Below the pieces are notes generated by a model that was not told the DNA's origin, did no database searches, and saw nothing but the letters and a program-made list of their open reading frames with translations. From Saccharolobus islandicus REY15A (GTDB taxonomy: Archaea; Thermoproteota; Thermoprotei_A; Sulfolobales; Sulfolobaceae), in NCBI RefSeq assembly GCF_000189555.1, contig NC_017276.1: a stretch of DNA of 64,000 nucleotides. One strand, written 5' to 3'. Shown in pieces: positions 13,084-22,996 of the stretch (its first letter is position 1; each line of letters starts with the position of its first letter). Both the position numbers and the translations under genes were made by a program.

Positions 13084-13314
13084 AATTAATCACTTGATCT
13101 TTAATTTCTCTTTAAATATAGGGGATAAATACTTTATATTCCTAGAGCATAGTGCTTTGTGGATTGCTTCAATTTTCATCAAGGCTTACGTTAAGCTTAC
13201 TTTTAAATCAACGCTTGAATTTAAGAAAATTTAATGAGCTTAGTATTTAAGAAAATCGAACTAGTCCACAAAACAAGCGCATGGAGAATCTTTATAAAAA
13301 GTGTTTTTGAAAAC

Positions 13315-13494
13315 TTGCAGACTGAGTCTTCAAACCCTATCAGTATATGGGTAATAAAGTATTTCATTCAGTAATAAAATTATAAACTGTACTAAACAAT
13401 TATTTAAATAAAAATAATTATAGATTTAATCTTAATGCAATAACATACTTAGGATTAGATAAAATTGAGGTCTAAGAACTTCCCGGAAATACTA
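13315..13494 (+). mobile_element. Degenerate IS630 3' remnant with intact terminal IR
   Basis: ...CTTAGGATTAGATAAAATTGAGGTCTAAGAACTTCCCGGAAATAC-TA matches the end of the other IS630 copies; homology decays leftward. Confidence 0.8.
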
Positions 13495-13780
13495 ACGTAC
13501 CCCTTTTTTCCTCTCCTAACCTCTATACCGTCATAAAAGAAGTTAAATAACTCGCCCTTGTTAAAACTCTCAGCTACCTTAGCTACAGTCTGGATAATGC
13601 TATAGTCATCCACCTTAGGCTTAAAGTTATATACTAATGTAATGTGGGATACTTTGTGGAGTTTTAGCCCGTGAAAAGGCCTTAATTCTTTAAAAGGGAC
13701 TTGAGTTTATACTTCTCTAATATAGGCCTTATTTCTAGAATATAATCATGTTCTCTGACTTCACGCAAAGGTTCTTTCAT
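13495..13780 (-). pseudogene. 2H-phosphoesterase (2'-5' RNA ligase/CPDase-like) N-terminal fragment
   Basis: Adding one A at about 13690 gives MKEPLREVREHDYILEIRPILEKYKLKSLLKELRPFHGLKLHKVSHITLVYNF...GKKGYV, then IS630; HITL is an HxT motif. Confidence 0.5.
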
Positions 13781-13891
13781 GTGCTTTTCCTTTCTTTTTA
13801 AACCCAGAAGCCCTTTCAGGAAATCTAGCACCTTTTGCCGACCTCAATGAGTTATTAACTGTCTGAACGGTTAATAAGATTTCAAGCATTA

Positions 13892-15088
13892 TCAGGACGT
13901 GATTGGTCCAGAAGATAAGAACTTATTAACACAGTTCAACAATCTATAAACTTCCCCTTCTCGCCCGTGCTTCAAAAGCTTTCCCGGAAACTGCTTGACC
14001 CAGTCCTCTCTGAACGCCTTTTTACCGTGTAGTGCCCCGAAAGCCGCTCCGAGCGCTGACCCTATAGTGTCGTTGTCCTTAGTGAAATTTATTGCCTCTA
14101 TGATCCCACTTTGAGGGTCGTTAAGGTATTTAATAAATATGAAAAGGAGGTTAGGGACGGTCTCCAGTAAATAACCACTTGATCCTACCATTTTAGCGAA
14201 CTCTCTAACACTCAGGTTTTTATGTAGGGCGTAGTAAACTTGGTCCCTTATAAATTCGGATGCAGGACCCTCGTACTTTACCTTGGCTTTTTCTCTTCTA
14301 GTTCTGTATTTCTTATCGCCCGTTAGTTTACTAATTATAAGGGTAAACCTGTCTAAAATCTTGTCCGCATTTATGTATTCACCCCCGTTAATGATTCCCC
14401 AGAGCAGGTCAGCAAAGGCTACAGACGAAGCTATGGCTAAAGGCTCGTTATGCGTTATAAATGTGGCTAGTACAGCGTCGACTAGGTAATTTTCGTTGGC
14501 CTTTAAGTTAGGGATTATAACTGGTGATATCCTCATGAGGGCACCGTTACTTGGCCTACTTAAACCAGCCTCATACCACGGTAGTCCTCTTTCCCTGTAA
14601 TTTTTCAGGAATCTTCTAATGGTACTTCCCATCCCGGTAATGCGATGTGACGCGAAAATTCTCGCCAGTTCCCAGGGTACTATCCTACCGTTTTCTAATA
14701 TCACCTTTACTGTATCAAAGGTAAGTTGAGTGTCGTCAGAAGGCGGTACTCTCCCGTTTATGTACGAATACGAAGTGATCAAACCGAATTTCTTTAACCT
14801 CTCATCTGGGGTAAAACGCTCAAACGGGTATCCAAGGCTATCTCCGACGGCAACCCCCAAAAGCATATAAATTACCTTTTCGGATTCTACTTTCTTGGGC
14901 TCAGGTCTCAAATAAAGGTCCTTCCATTCTACCGCGTTAACAAGACCTTGGTCGAAAAGTGCCTTGAGAATTTCAGTATTCGAACAAGAACGATAGTTTA
15001 ACTCACAGCTAAAATCTATATTATCACAATGTGTAATGTAAGGGCTTTTATTCCAATCTTTCATGTCTCTCTTGCTGTCACAACTCAT
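13892..15088 (-). CDS. ADP-ribosylglycohydrolase (ARH/DraG family)
   Basis: LLGVAVGDSLG, SDDTQLT, SNGALMRISP, ITH, DNDTIGSALGA motifs. Confidence 0.92.
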   Translation of the reverse strand: MSCDSKRDMKDWNKSPYITHCDNIDFSCELNYRSCSNTEILKALFDQGLVNAVEWKDLYLRPEPKKVESEKVIYMLLGVAVGDSLGYPFERFTPDERLKKFGLITSYSYINGRVPPSDDTQLTFDTVKVILENGRIVPWELARIFASHRITGMGSTIRRFLKNYRERGLPWYEAGLSRPSNGALMRISPVIIPNLKANENYLVDAVLATFITHNEPLAIASSVAFADLLWGIINGGEYINADKILDRFTLIISKLTGDKKYRTRREKAKVKYEGPASEFIRDQVYYALHKNLSVREFAKMVGSSGYLLETVPNLLFIFIKYLNDPQSGIIEAINFTKDNDTIGSALGAAFGALHGKKAFREDWVKQFPGKLLKHGREGEVYRLLNCVNKFLSSGPITS

Positions 15089-15557
15089 ACATGCCCACTA
15101 CCTTCTAATTTTTAACTTTTGCCGATGGAAAGCCTCACGATAAGTCAGCTCCCATCTGAAAATTTATCTCTTCAACATTGTATATTAATCTTTTCTCTAT
15201 CTCCGATTACCAAGTTCTCTCCTATGTTCCCTCAAAGTGCGGTGTAAAGCGTATCATAGATATGTATCTTTTGCTTTTAATAGATTTACGTAATCTTCGT
15301 AGGAAATTCACACTGTTATAAATAGTCGACAATTGAGGGCGGGTCATTATTATGTTTTTATATCCCTCGATTAACTTCTCCTTAGACTGCGAGATATATA
15401 CAGTAGACTCTCCTGGAGTAGGGCATTACGCCCACACTCCCGTATATTGTAGATTAGCTTATTACCCTCAATACATTTTCTCTATTTATGAAGTGCGAAA
15501 TCCAATATGATGAAGATATTTCGAAACTTCCACTGGATGACTTAAATGTTTACAAAT

Positions 15558-15620
15558 AAAGGGGGGTTAAGGGGGCGGAAAGTCTCGCCAAGGGGATGGA
15601 TAGCCCCGTGTTTAAATACT
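15558..15620 (+). mobile_element. Second tnpB-type IS end remnant
   Basis: Near-identical to 7622-7690. Confidence 0.5.
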
Positions 15621-15650
15621 TCTTTTTCTAGATATCTCTTAATGACGCTA

Positions 15651-16675
15651 GTATTTCCGAAAAGTTTATAGCGTAGTATTACCAATTTAAATTATGGAAA
15701 ATTTAGTTCAAGCTTACGAGGAAGAGAAGGACGCGAGAATTAAGGAGAGGATTCTTGCAGTAAAGATGCACATAGTTGACGGTATGAAGGAGATAGAAGT
15801 TGCAAGAGTCTTGAATAAGGGATACTCAACAGTGAGACTATGGATAAACAAGTACAAGAAAGAAGGTCTTGATGGACTAAGAGACAAGCCCAGATCGGGA
15901 AGACCGAGAAAAGCTGAGGAAGAAAAAATAAAACAAATTCTGGAAGACCAGCCTCAAAAATACGGAATACAAGAAGAGTACTGGACAATGAGAACACTAA
16001 AAATAAAACAACAAGGAATAGAGTACAAGAAATCCAGGCTATACGAGATAGTTCACGAACTAGGATACAATCTAGTAAAACCTAGGCCTACTAACGTTCA
16101 AGCAAGAAAGGACATGTGGGAAGACTTTAAAAAAAAGAAGTTGGAAGAAGAGGCTCTCTTCTTTCTAGACGAGAGTAGGGCAGTAATTAGCACGTCGATC
16201 CGGAAGGTTTTAAGATTGGTAGTAAGCCCGTAATGCACGTCAATATAGGTTTTTCTTCGATCTATGTCATTCTTGCTGTAAACGCTTGGACTGGTGAAGT
16301 AGTTGTTTCTCTTGTTAGGAGGCCTAATTCTGAGTCTGTTAAGTACTTCTTGAGGTACTTTAAGAGACGTTTTGGTAGTGGAAGGGTCTAAATGGTTATG
16401 GATAATTATTCTCCTCACAAGACTAGGCTTGAGGTTTGTCGTAGGAAGGGCATTCATCCCATATTTACTCCTCCTTATTCGCCCGAGCTTAACATGGCCG
16501 AGGCAGTCTTCAAGTCCCTCAAGGAATACATGGGCAATAAAATATTTTATACGATAGAAGACGTTAAAAACTGTATTAAGCAGTTCTTTGAGGAAAATAA
16601 GTATAAGTTTAATCTTAATGTAATAACATACTTAGAATTAGATAAAACTGAACGCTAAGAACTTCCCGGAAATAC
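15651..16675 (+). mobile_element. IS630-family element copy 2 (about 1.03 kb), transposase pseudogene
   Basis: Same terminal IRs and TA flanks as copy 1, opposite orientation; fragmented ORFs 15694-16233 and 16392-16658. Confidence 0.9.
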
Positions 16676-16715
16676 TAGTGTATTAAAAGACGAAACACTC
16701 TTACGGTGATGTTAT

Positions 16716-17096
16716 ATGGTGCAAATATGTATTAAAGGAGAGAATTTGATCATAAAGCTTAAAGGCTTTGAGAAAGTTGTAGCACTAAAGGGAAGTCTAA
16801 AGATTCCATTTAATTGCATAGAGAGAGTAGCTTACGTTAAAGATTTAGATGATACCGAGAAAGAACAGATATATCCGAAGATGAGGCTAGGCGGTCTATC
16901 TATTGGAGAAATTCTATATGGCAGATTCACTACTAGCTTAGGTCTAGCTTTCTTCGCTACTAAGAAACTGGAAAGATCTATTGTAATATATATAAAATGC
17001 TCTTTTCCTTATAAAATTGTTGTCATAGAGGTATCAGATTCAGAAACTTTAAGTGAATTAGAGAAAAAGTTAAAAAATAGTGATTCTAGTGATTAG
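16716..17096 (+). CDS. Hypothetical protein (PH-like beta-rich)
   Basis: Intact 126-aa ORF with GGTGA RBS; RLGG...G.F pattern. Confidence 0.65.
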   Translation: MVQICIKGENLIIKLKGFEKVVALKGSLKIPFNCIERVAYVKDLDDTEKEQIYPKMRLGGLSIGEILYGRFTTSLGLAFFATKKLERSIVIYIKCSFPYKIVVIEVSDSETLSELEKKLKNSDSSD

Positions 17097-17468
17097 AATT
17101 CCATTAGAAATTTTAACAATTTATATTCAAATAGAATCGTAAATGTTGAGCTTAGTACAGTATGTTAGCAAATAGCATAGCAACCTACATCAAGACATTC
17201 ATCCATTCTTGAATTATTACGTAATCTTATGAAAGTTAATCTTCTTTGCAAGGAGTGTGGAGATATTGTCATATTTAGGTATAAATTTATAACGTAAAAA
17301 GGTGTCTCTAAGAATCTGAACTAAGCTGTACTCTATATGGAGAATTCCTCTTAATAAATTTGTAACTTAATGACTACACTATCATCATATCAATCTTTAG
17401 AATCAGCTTCAGCAACAATCCTCATAACTCTTTAAACTATTAGTAACGTTAATACTCCTATCGGTCAA

Positions 17469-17499
17469 TGGTTTAACTTTTTAAACATTGGTTTAACTT
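17469..17499 (+). promoter_or_regulatory. vapBC promoter: TATA box flanked by 11-bp direct repeats TGGTTTAACTT
   Basis: Repeats at 17469-17479 and 17489-17499 bracket TTTTTAAA, about 25 nt before the ATG. Confidence 0.6.
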
Positions 17500-17506
17500 A
17501 TATTAT

Positions 17507-17746
17507 ATGGTTTATCAAATAAAGTTAAGGAAGAAAGGTATAATTATCTTACCTAAAGACGTTAGGGAAAAACTTGACATAAAGGAAAACGATATATTAA
17601 TAGGTGAAATTAAAGGTGGAGAGTTAGTTCTACGTCCCTTGAAACCTAAGATAGTAAGAGTTGATCCGAAAGTAGTGGAGGAAGTCCTTAAGGAAGAAGA
17701 GGAGGCTGAAAGGAGAAAAGAGGAGGAAATATTTAATGATAGTTGA
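17507..17746 (+). CDS. vapB: VapB antitoxin (AbrB/MazE/SpoVT)
   Basis: KKGIIILPKDVREKLDIKEND swapped-hairpin motif; overlaps the PIN gene. Confidence 0.9.
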   Translation: MVYQIKLRKKGIIILPKDVREKLDIKENDILIGEIKGGELVLRPLKPKIVRVDPKVVEEVLKEEEEAERRKEEEIFNDS

Positions 17747-18164
17747 CACTGGAATTCTAATAGAGTATATTAATGAGGAGGGGAAATATCATGAAAAGGT
17801 TAAGAAGTTAATTGAAAGCAATACTTCACTTTTCGTCACACCAATTACTTTAAGTGAAGTGTTGTACGTAAGTTATAGGGTTTATAGAGCGGCAGGGTCA
17901 AACGATGCTAACGATTACGCTAAGGAATTTGTTGAATGGTTATTAAGTAAACTTAAAGTAACGGAGATTAACCACGAAATAGTGATAAAAGCGGGAGAAA
18001 TTAAGAAAAAGTATGGAATAGCTTTACCAGACTGTTACGTAATAGCTACTGCAGATTATTTAAAAGATAAGGCCCTTTTTAAGAAGGAAAAAGAAATTGT
18101 ACAAGCTTTAGATAGGATTAGAAAGGAACTCGGAGATATTATTAGTTTTATTGACGAGATATGA
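17736..18164 (+). CDS. vapC: VapC PIN-domain toxin
   Basis: MIVDTGIL, TLSEV, LPDCYVIATA acidic PIN residues. Confidence 0.92.
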   Translation: MIVDTGILIEYINEEGKYHEKVKKLIESNTSLFVTPITLSEVLYVSYRVYRAAGSNDANDYAKEFVEWLLSKLKVTEINHEIVIKAGEIKKKYGIALPDCYVIATADYLKDKALFKKEKEIVQALDRIRKELGDIISFIDEI

Positions 18165-18703
18165 GAACTAACATTGATGTAAGGGATAGAATTCTCTTAC
18201 AAAGAAGGCTAACTACTCTTTTAGTTATTATTCCAAGATTGTTATACACAATAAATAACGGTTAATTAGCTGAGGGTCAATCTTTCATTAAGATATTTCA
18301 TATAAACCCATATCCTCATACTCCTTTTTGCTCCCCCACGTCTAAGTTAAAGAGCAGAGCCCCCAGCCACTACATGTGAAGCTTCGTTGAACCCGTCCTT
18401 CCCCTCACAATTCTCCTTAAGTTCACTGTAAGGATTCTCTTCTACAATATTAGTATGTAAATACAAAATTTATAAAATTTCTGAAGAGATAGTTAGGAAT
18501 GATAAATAATATTAAGTGACATGAAATTTATGATTTTTCGAAAACTATTGCAACAGCACACAGCATCGGCTTACTTAATAGCGTTAAAATAATTAGGAAT
18601 GATAAATAATATCAAAAAATAATATACACGTTACACTTTATTGTAAAATAGTGAGAGTAGCAATCTAAATCAAACTCGATGACTTACTGAACCTATATTA
18701 TTC

Positions 18704-19525
18704 TTAAATCATTTTGAAGAACTTTAAAATAATTTCAAAGATCGAGGCCACGGAATCTTCTCTCTTCTTTTTGGCTAACTCCGCTAACTTTTCTGAAAAT
18801 ATATGGTATTCTATGAGCGGCATATCAGTAATCCTTAAAACCCCTACGGCTCTCTTGCAGTAAAGGTTAGATAGTGAGTAAAAGGCACTTAGTTCCATGT
18901 CTATCGTATAAACGCCTATACTTTTTAAATAGTTGAGAAATTTTATGGTCTCAGAATAGAAGAGCATAACAGTTGCGTGAAGGTTAGAATGTATTTTAAC
19001 CTTAGTATTGATAGAGTATTCGTAAACCTCTCTCCAAAGGCCTTCATCAGCCTTTGGTATAGCTACCGACGGGTTTGCGTAAAAAGAGCTCACGTTTTCA
19101 AACGGGATAACATATTTAGGTATATTTATATCCCCCGTCGTAATTTCCTCAGAAAGTGATCCAGCAAGTCCGGTAAATAATAGGTCTTTGATACTCTCTA
19201 AACTTACTAATAGTCTTAACCTATCTGTGAACTCTATCAGCCCCCTTCCAATAAAGGCTATTAATCCCTTATTCTTACCCTTCTCTAATAGTAAGTTTCC
19301 CCCAAAGGATTTGAGCAGCATATCTTTTGGTTCCAGTTTTCTAATCAAAATTCCGAGTTTCTTAAGGTTCTCTTCCAAGTCCTTTGGAAATAGTGTTATG
19401 AGAGGTAAAGGTGTAACGACTATCCTCTCTGGTACTTCCTCCTCTTCTTCTATCCCTATTTCTTCTCTTAAAGCCTTCTTTCTGAGCTCTTTATTTTCAA
19501 ATATTTCACCGTAAACCATTAACAA
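18704..19525 (-). CDS. Nucleoside phosphorylase family protein (PNP/UDP superfamily)
   Basis: TGLAGSL, GDINIP, IDMELSAFY, ITD motifs. Confidence 0.8.
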   Translation of the reverse strand: MLMVYGEIFENKELRKKALREEIGIEEEEEVPERIVVTPLPLITLFPKDLEENLKKLGILIRKLEPKDMLLKSFGGNLLLEKGKNKGLIAFIGRGLIEFTDRLRLLVSLESIKDLLFTGLAGSLSEEITTGDINIPKYVIPFENVSSFYANPSVAIPKADEGLWREVYEYSINTKVKIHSNLHATVMLFYSETIKFLNYLKSIGVYTIDMELSAFYSLSNLYCKRAVGVLRITDMPLIEYHIFSEKLAELAKKKREDSVASIFEIILKFFKMI

Positions 19526-19582
19526 AATGTTGGCTTTAAGTATTTAATAAAGCTTATTCCTTATTTTTGAATTTTTATCGAT

Positions 19583-19599
19583 TAAACTGGGGAAGTTTA
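19583..19599 (+). repeat. Variant of Sulfolobus conjugative-plasmid recombination motif (TAAACTGGGGAGTTTA)
   Basis: TAAACTGGGGAAGTTTA (one extra A). Confidence 0.6.
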
Positions 19600-19725
19600 A
19601 CGGTTTAACGTGTTATGCGCAGTAGATGTGAAAATCAGATATTCATTGCAATAATAAAATAACGTATATTGTTATGCCTTTAACAAATCGCGTTAAATTA
19701 ATCGTTTCAATTTAACGTTTTGGAC

Positions 19726-19762
19726 ATCCGGTTGTCCGGGGTTCAAATCCCCGCGGCGGCAC
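19726..19762 (+). repeat. attR of element A (tRNA-Met 3' half duplicate)
   Basis: Identical to 7060-7096; preceded by inverted repeat CGTTAAATT-N9-AATTTAACG (19691-19717). Confidence 0.92.
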
Positions 19763-19869
19763 CTTAGCTAAATTTGCTAATAATTTCGGATAGTTTTCTC
19801 GATAAGAATAACTACCAAAAGAGTAAGCTTTGACAACAATAATTTATATAATCGTGTATGTTTAAGCTT

Positions 19870-20475
19870 TTATCTCTCTCCAAATCTATACTTATACGTC
19901 TCAATCATACTCCTTAAATTGTCAACCAACATTTTAGTCTCAAAGCTTATGCTCTTCCCTTCCATAGCCTCCTCAGCCCTTGCCAGATACTCCTTAGCCC
20001 TCAAGTAGAGGTCTTTGTTATCATAAGCTACAGCGTTTTGTAAATACATCATGCCAAGCTTAGCTAACTCTGCCACATAATTTTCTGACTCCTTATCTGA
20101 AAACTCTAACGCTTTCTCATACCTCTTAATCACTTTTTCATCAATAGGTTGCCCGCTCTCTGGAGAAATTGTATACTTAGTACTAGCTTCTTTTTTCCTT
20201 ATTCCAGGAGGTCTTATTCCACGCCTCATAAGATATCTGTTAAGGTAAGTTGACAATGTCGCACCTAATGTCGAAAATATTAGAGCGCTTAAGATAGTGG
20301 ATAATATTGAGCTATGCAAAAAGTTATAAATAATATCATTGGCTAAAATAAATACTATAGCTGATGGTAATGCATCAAATAATAGGATAAGTAAGACATA
20401 TTTTAAAGTTGATATCTCTTTAGTAGGACCAAAGATAACCTTCTTTGTTTAATGCTTTTTCTTCTTACTCACCAT
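19870..20475 (-). pseudogene. Membrane protein with TPR-like C-terminus, premature stop at codon 9
   Basis: Frame runs MVSKKKKH*TKKVIFGPTKE...FLHSSILST; TAA at 20449-20451; two TM segments. Confidence 0.6.
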
Positions 20476-20518
20476 AGTAATCACGATACTAAATATTTAT
20501 TACCTTTACCTTTATTTT

Positions 20519-20896
20519 TTAAACAAAATTTTGTTGCAAAGGGTAAGGTTGGTATAGTTTATCTGGTATTAACACTTCCTTATTCTCTATCCTCTTAGTC
20601 TTGGTTCCACACCCAGACACTCCTTCCTTAATTAAAACCCTATGCTTGTCCCCTTCCTTTCCTATGTACTTCACTTTAAAACTTCTAAGTATACTTTCGG
20701 AACCGTAATTTATCCTATAAGTTATCTCGTGCTCACCGAAAGGATCACCCTCTATTAACTGACTCCACTGAATTATCTTTGATGGAGCATCCTCATATTC
20801 TATTAATGTAACTCCTTGTCTAAAAACTCGCTTATCATCTTTCTTCTCTTCATAATGCAACAATTTAATACTCTTAGGCTTTAAACTCTGAGGCAT
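20519..20896 (-). CDS. Hypothetical protein
   Basis: Intact 125-aa ORF with typical composition. Confidence 0.65.
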   Translation of the reverse strand: MPQSLKPKSIKLLHYEEKKDDKRVFRQGVTLIEYEDAPSKIIQWSQLIEGDPFGEHEITYRINYGSESILRSFKVKYIGKEGDKHRVLIKEGVSGCGTKTKRIENKEVLIPDKLYQPYPLQQNFV

Positions 20897-21243
20897 AAAA
20901 AAAATTGAGATCCTTAAAAAAAGTTAACTATAATGGAGTATCTTAACATTATTCATCACTTGTTTTGCTTCTAACTTAACTAGGTTATAGTTTGAAAGAG
21001 TGTACAATTGTCTTTTGAAACTGGATGCAACAGAAGAATTCCTTAAATCAGCATATAGATACTAACAGCCTTAACAGATACCCAAGATATGATTAAGAGG
21101 GTTAAAGAGGATAAAGCTATGTAAAATACCGTAGTTGCATCAATAAAAAATTAATTAGTGTTGAGTATAAAGACAAAATTTACACGTAAGAAGATGGTGT
21201 ATAGAACTCTTTGTGTATTTAAAGAAAATTTGTAAATATTTAG

Positions 21244-21675
21244 TTAAAGATCGTTAGCCTTAATAATTAGTCTAATGTTTCTGTCGAAGCATATCATCGT
21301 TCTTGAAAAGAAATCTTCCCTACCTAAAATTAGGCTTGGATATATACCCTCACCTAAGTTTACGAAGTCTAAAGATGTCACGGGTATCTGTAACATCTCA
21401 TTAAATTCTATGAAGCGAAATTTTATGTTATACCTCTCTTTTGGAGTGAGCAGATTGGAAATAATAACTTTATCAACTAAACGGCTTTTTAATGAGGATT
21501 CGTCAAAGCACCTTAAGAACGTATCATTTCTAATTATAGAAAACCTACTTCCAGTATCTGGAAGTGCATAAATTAAATAATCACTACCTAGTTTTGGACA
21601 CTCCATTTCCACTTTAAGTAAAGGTAAATACGTATCATTAACCTTAACAAAAGGTACCTCTATCTCACGAGGCAT
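21244..21675 (-). CDS. Retropepsin-like (clan AA) aspartic protease
   Basis: ALPDTGSRFSII (DTG) and LILGREDFF motifs. Confidence 0.8.
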   Translation of the reverse strand: MPREIEVPFVKVNDTYLPLLKVEMECPKLGSDYLIYALPDTGSRFSIIRNDTFLRCFDESSLKSRLVDKVIISNLLTPKERYNIKFRFIEFNEMLQIPVTSLDFVNLGEGIYPSLILGREDFFSRTMICFDRNIRLIIKANDL

Positions 21676-21845
21676 TATTGACTCTCTACATACTTGATGG
21701 AAACTAAAATATCGTAAGTCCCTTTCTTGTAACCCTTCTCCTCCATAATCCTATCAATCTCCTCTTCTGAATCAGCTTCGGCAACAATTCTCCTATTATA
21801 ATCTATTGCATAATATTTCCTCATAACCTTGATGGGAGTAATCAT
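21675..21845 (-). CDS. Small 56-aa protein (DUF5678-like), not in ORF track
   Basis: MITPIKVMRKYYAIDYNRRIVAEADSEEEIDRIMEEKGYKKGTYDILVSIKYVESQ; TAATG overlap with the protease start. Confidence 0.7.
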   Translation of the reverse strand: MITPIKVMRKYYAIDYNRRIVAEADSEEEIDRIMEEKGYKKGTYDILVSIKYVESQ

Positions 21846-22339
21846 ACTCTCAAATTAAATATGAAATTGCGAGACTATAACTTTGTCTGCTATGCTCTAT
21901 TAACGAATTTTTGAACTAGAGATGTTAGTGCGCTTGGTTCTTTAGCATTTAAAAGCTTAGAATGTCTCTTCACTCAGAAAAAGAGGAGAAAAATAAGTGT
22001 TAGGAGACAATAATAACAATACCAGCTGCAAAAGTTAATGCATATTGGTTATTTGGTCTAAAAAGCTCGAATATGACAAAAATCTATTTTTTATAACGTT
22101 TTCAAAAATCAAAAAGGGAATAATATTTTGTTATAGATAAAATATTATGGCAAGAAGTTCAAGATTTATACACTAGAATAGAGGAGAATGACAAAGTAAC
22201 TGAGGTGTTTAAGGGTTTAACGTCTCATACGATGTAGATTCTTTCATCTAATACTTAATCTAAATTATATTATTAGAATGAAAATTAACCCTTCAACACA
22301 AAGGTGTTAAATCAAGCCTATTAATTTAACGTCTTAAAC

Positions 22340-22369
22340 ATCCGGTTGTCCGGGGTTCAAATCCCCGCG
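22340..22369 (+). repeat. Truncated att copy (30 bp of tRNA-Met 3' half)
   Basis: ATCCGGTTGTCCGGGGTTCAAATCCCCGCG, then diverges; same upstream GTTAAAT-N11-ATTTAAC IR as attR1. Confidence 0.85.
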
Positions 22370-22443
22370 ATAGCATGATATAAATTCAAGACCTTTGTCC
22401 AAAAAACTTTAAATTTCACCCTTTACTTATTTTATGAGGACGT

Positions 22444-22533
22444 GCCGCGGTGGTTTAGCCCGGTCAAGCGCAGGCACCGAAAGAATGCGGGCCTTTCGAG
22501 CCCGTGACCCGGGTTCAAATCCCGGCCGCGGCA
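22444..22533 (+). tRNA. tRNA-Glu(UUC) with about 15-nt non-canonical D-loop intron (about 22468-22482)
   Basis: GCCGCGG/CCGCGGC-A acceptor; CGGGC-CT-TTC-GA-GCCCG anticodon arm; extra GCGCAGGCACCGAAA in the D-loop; TATA CTTTAAA at about 22407. Confidence 0.93.
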
Positions 22534-22689
22534 CTTCATATCATAATATTCATTTACGATTTGTTCTAAAGAACCAATGTAATTATCCCTTCTCTGACCG
22601 TCTTCACCCTTCTCTATGATGTAAACATAATACTTTCCCTTAACCTCACGAATTCTTATATCACCAAATGTGAAAACTTTATTACCCAT
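22491..22689 (-). pseudogene. int: SSV-type integrase N-terminal fragment int(N)
   Basis: MGNKVFTFGDIRIREVKGKYYVYIIEK...RDNYIGSLEQIV...KCRGRDLNPG reading through the antisense tRNA half, the hallmark of partitioned SSV-type integrases. Confidence 0.85.
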
Positions 22690-22968
22690 GCCCTTCCACA
22701 GTTTAAATTTATCACGTAGGCATTTAAAAAGGCTGATAACTATCAAAATTTACGTTGAATTGAAAGGACGTGATAACAATTCCTCAGTTCTGCAAAAAAC
22801 TGAATATGTGATACTTAGCAGCTCTGTCTAAATTCAAGTGCTGCTGCACGCAGCTGCTAAGGAAATTTAGTCTGCAGCTGTAGTTAGAAAATTCAATGAG
22901 ACTCATCTAAGGTTTTCTGACTGTCTCAAAGTCTCAAAGAGGTATAGATAAAAATCGCTTTGTAGGAT

Positions 22969-22996
22969 TTTGTATGACAGACGTCTGTCATACAAA
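22969..22996. repeat. Perfect 28-bp palindrome TTTGTATGACAGACGTCTGTCATACAAA
   Basis: Checked base by base; lies in a long non-coding, repeat-rich stretch. Confidence 0.92.

Larger units (their letters stand above)
19726..22369. mobile_element. Older tandem element B remnant at tRNA-Met
   Basis: Bounded by att copies at 19726 and 22340; no integrase remains. Confidence 0.7.

Noticed and set aside
18305-18420. GC-richer patch as structured RNA
   Set aside because: No convincing fold or boxes; reads better as a stop-interrupted coding remnant of unknown origin.
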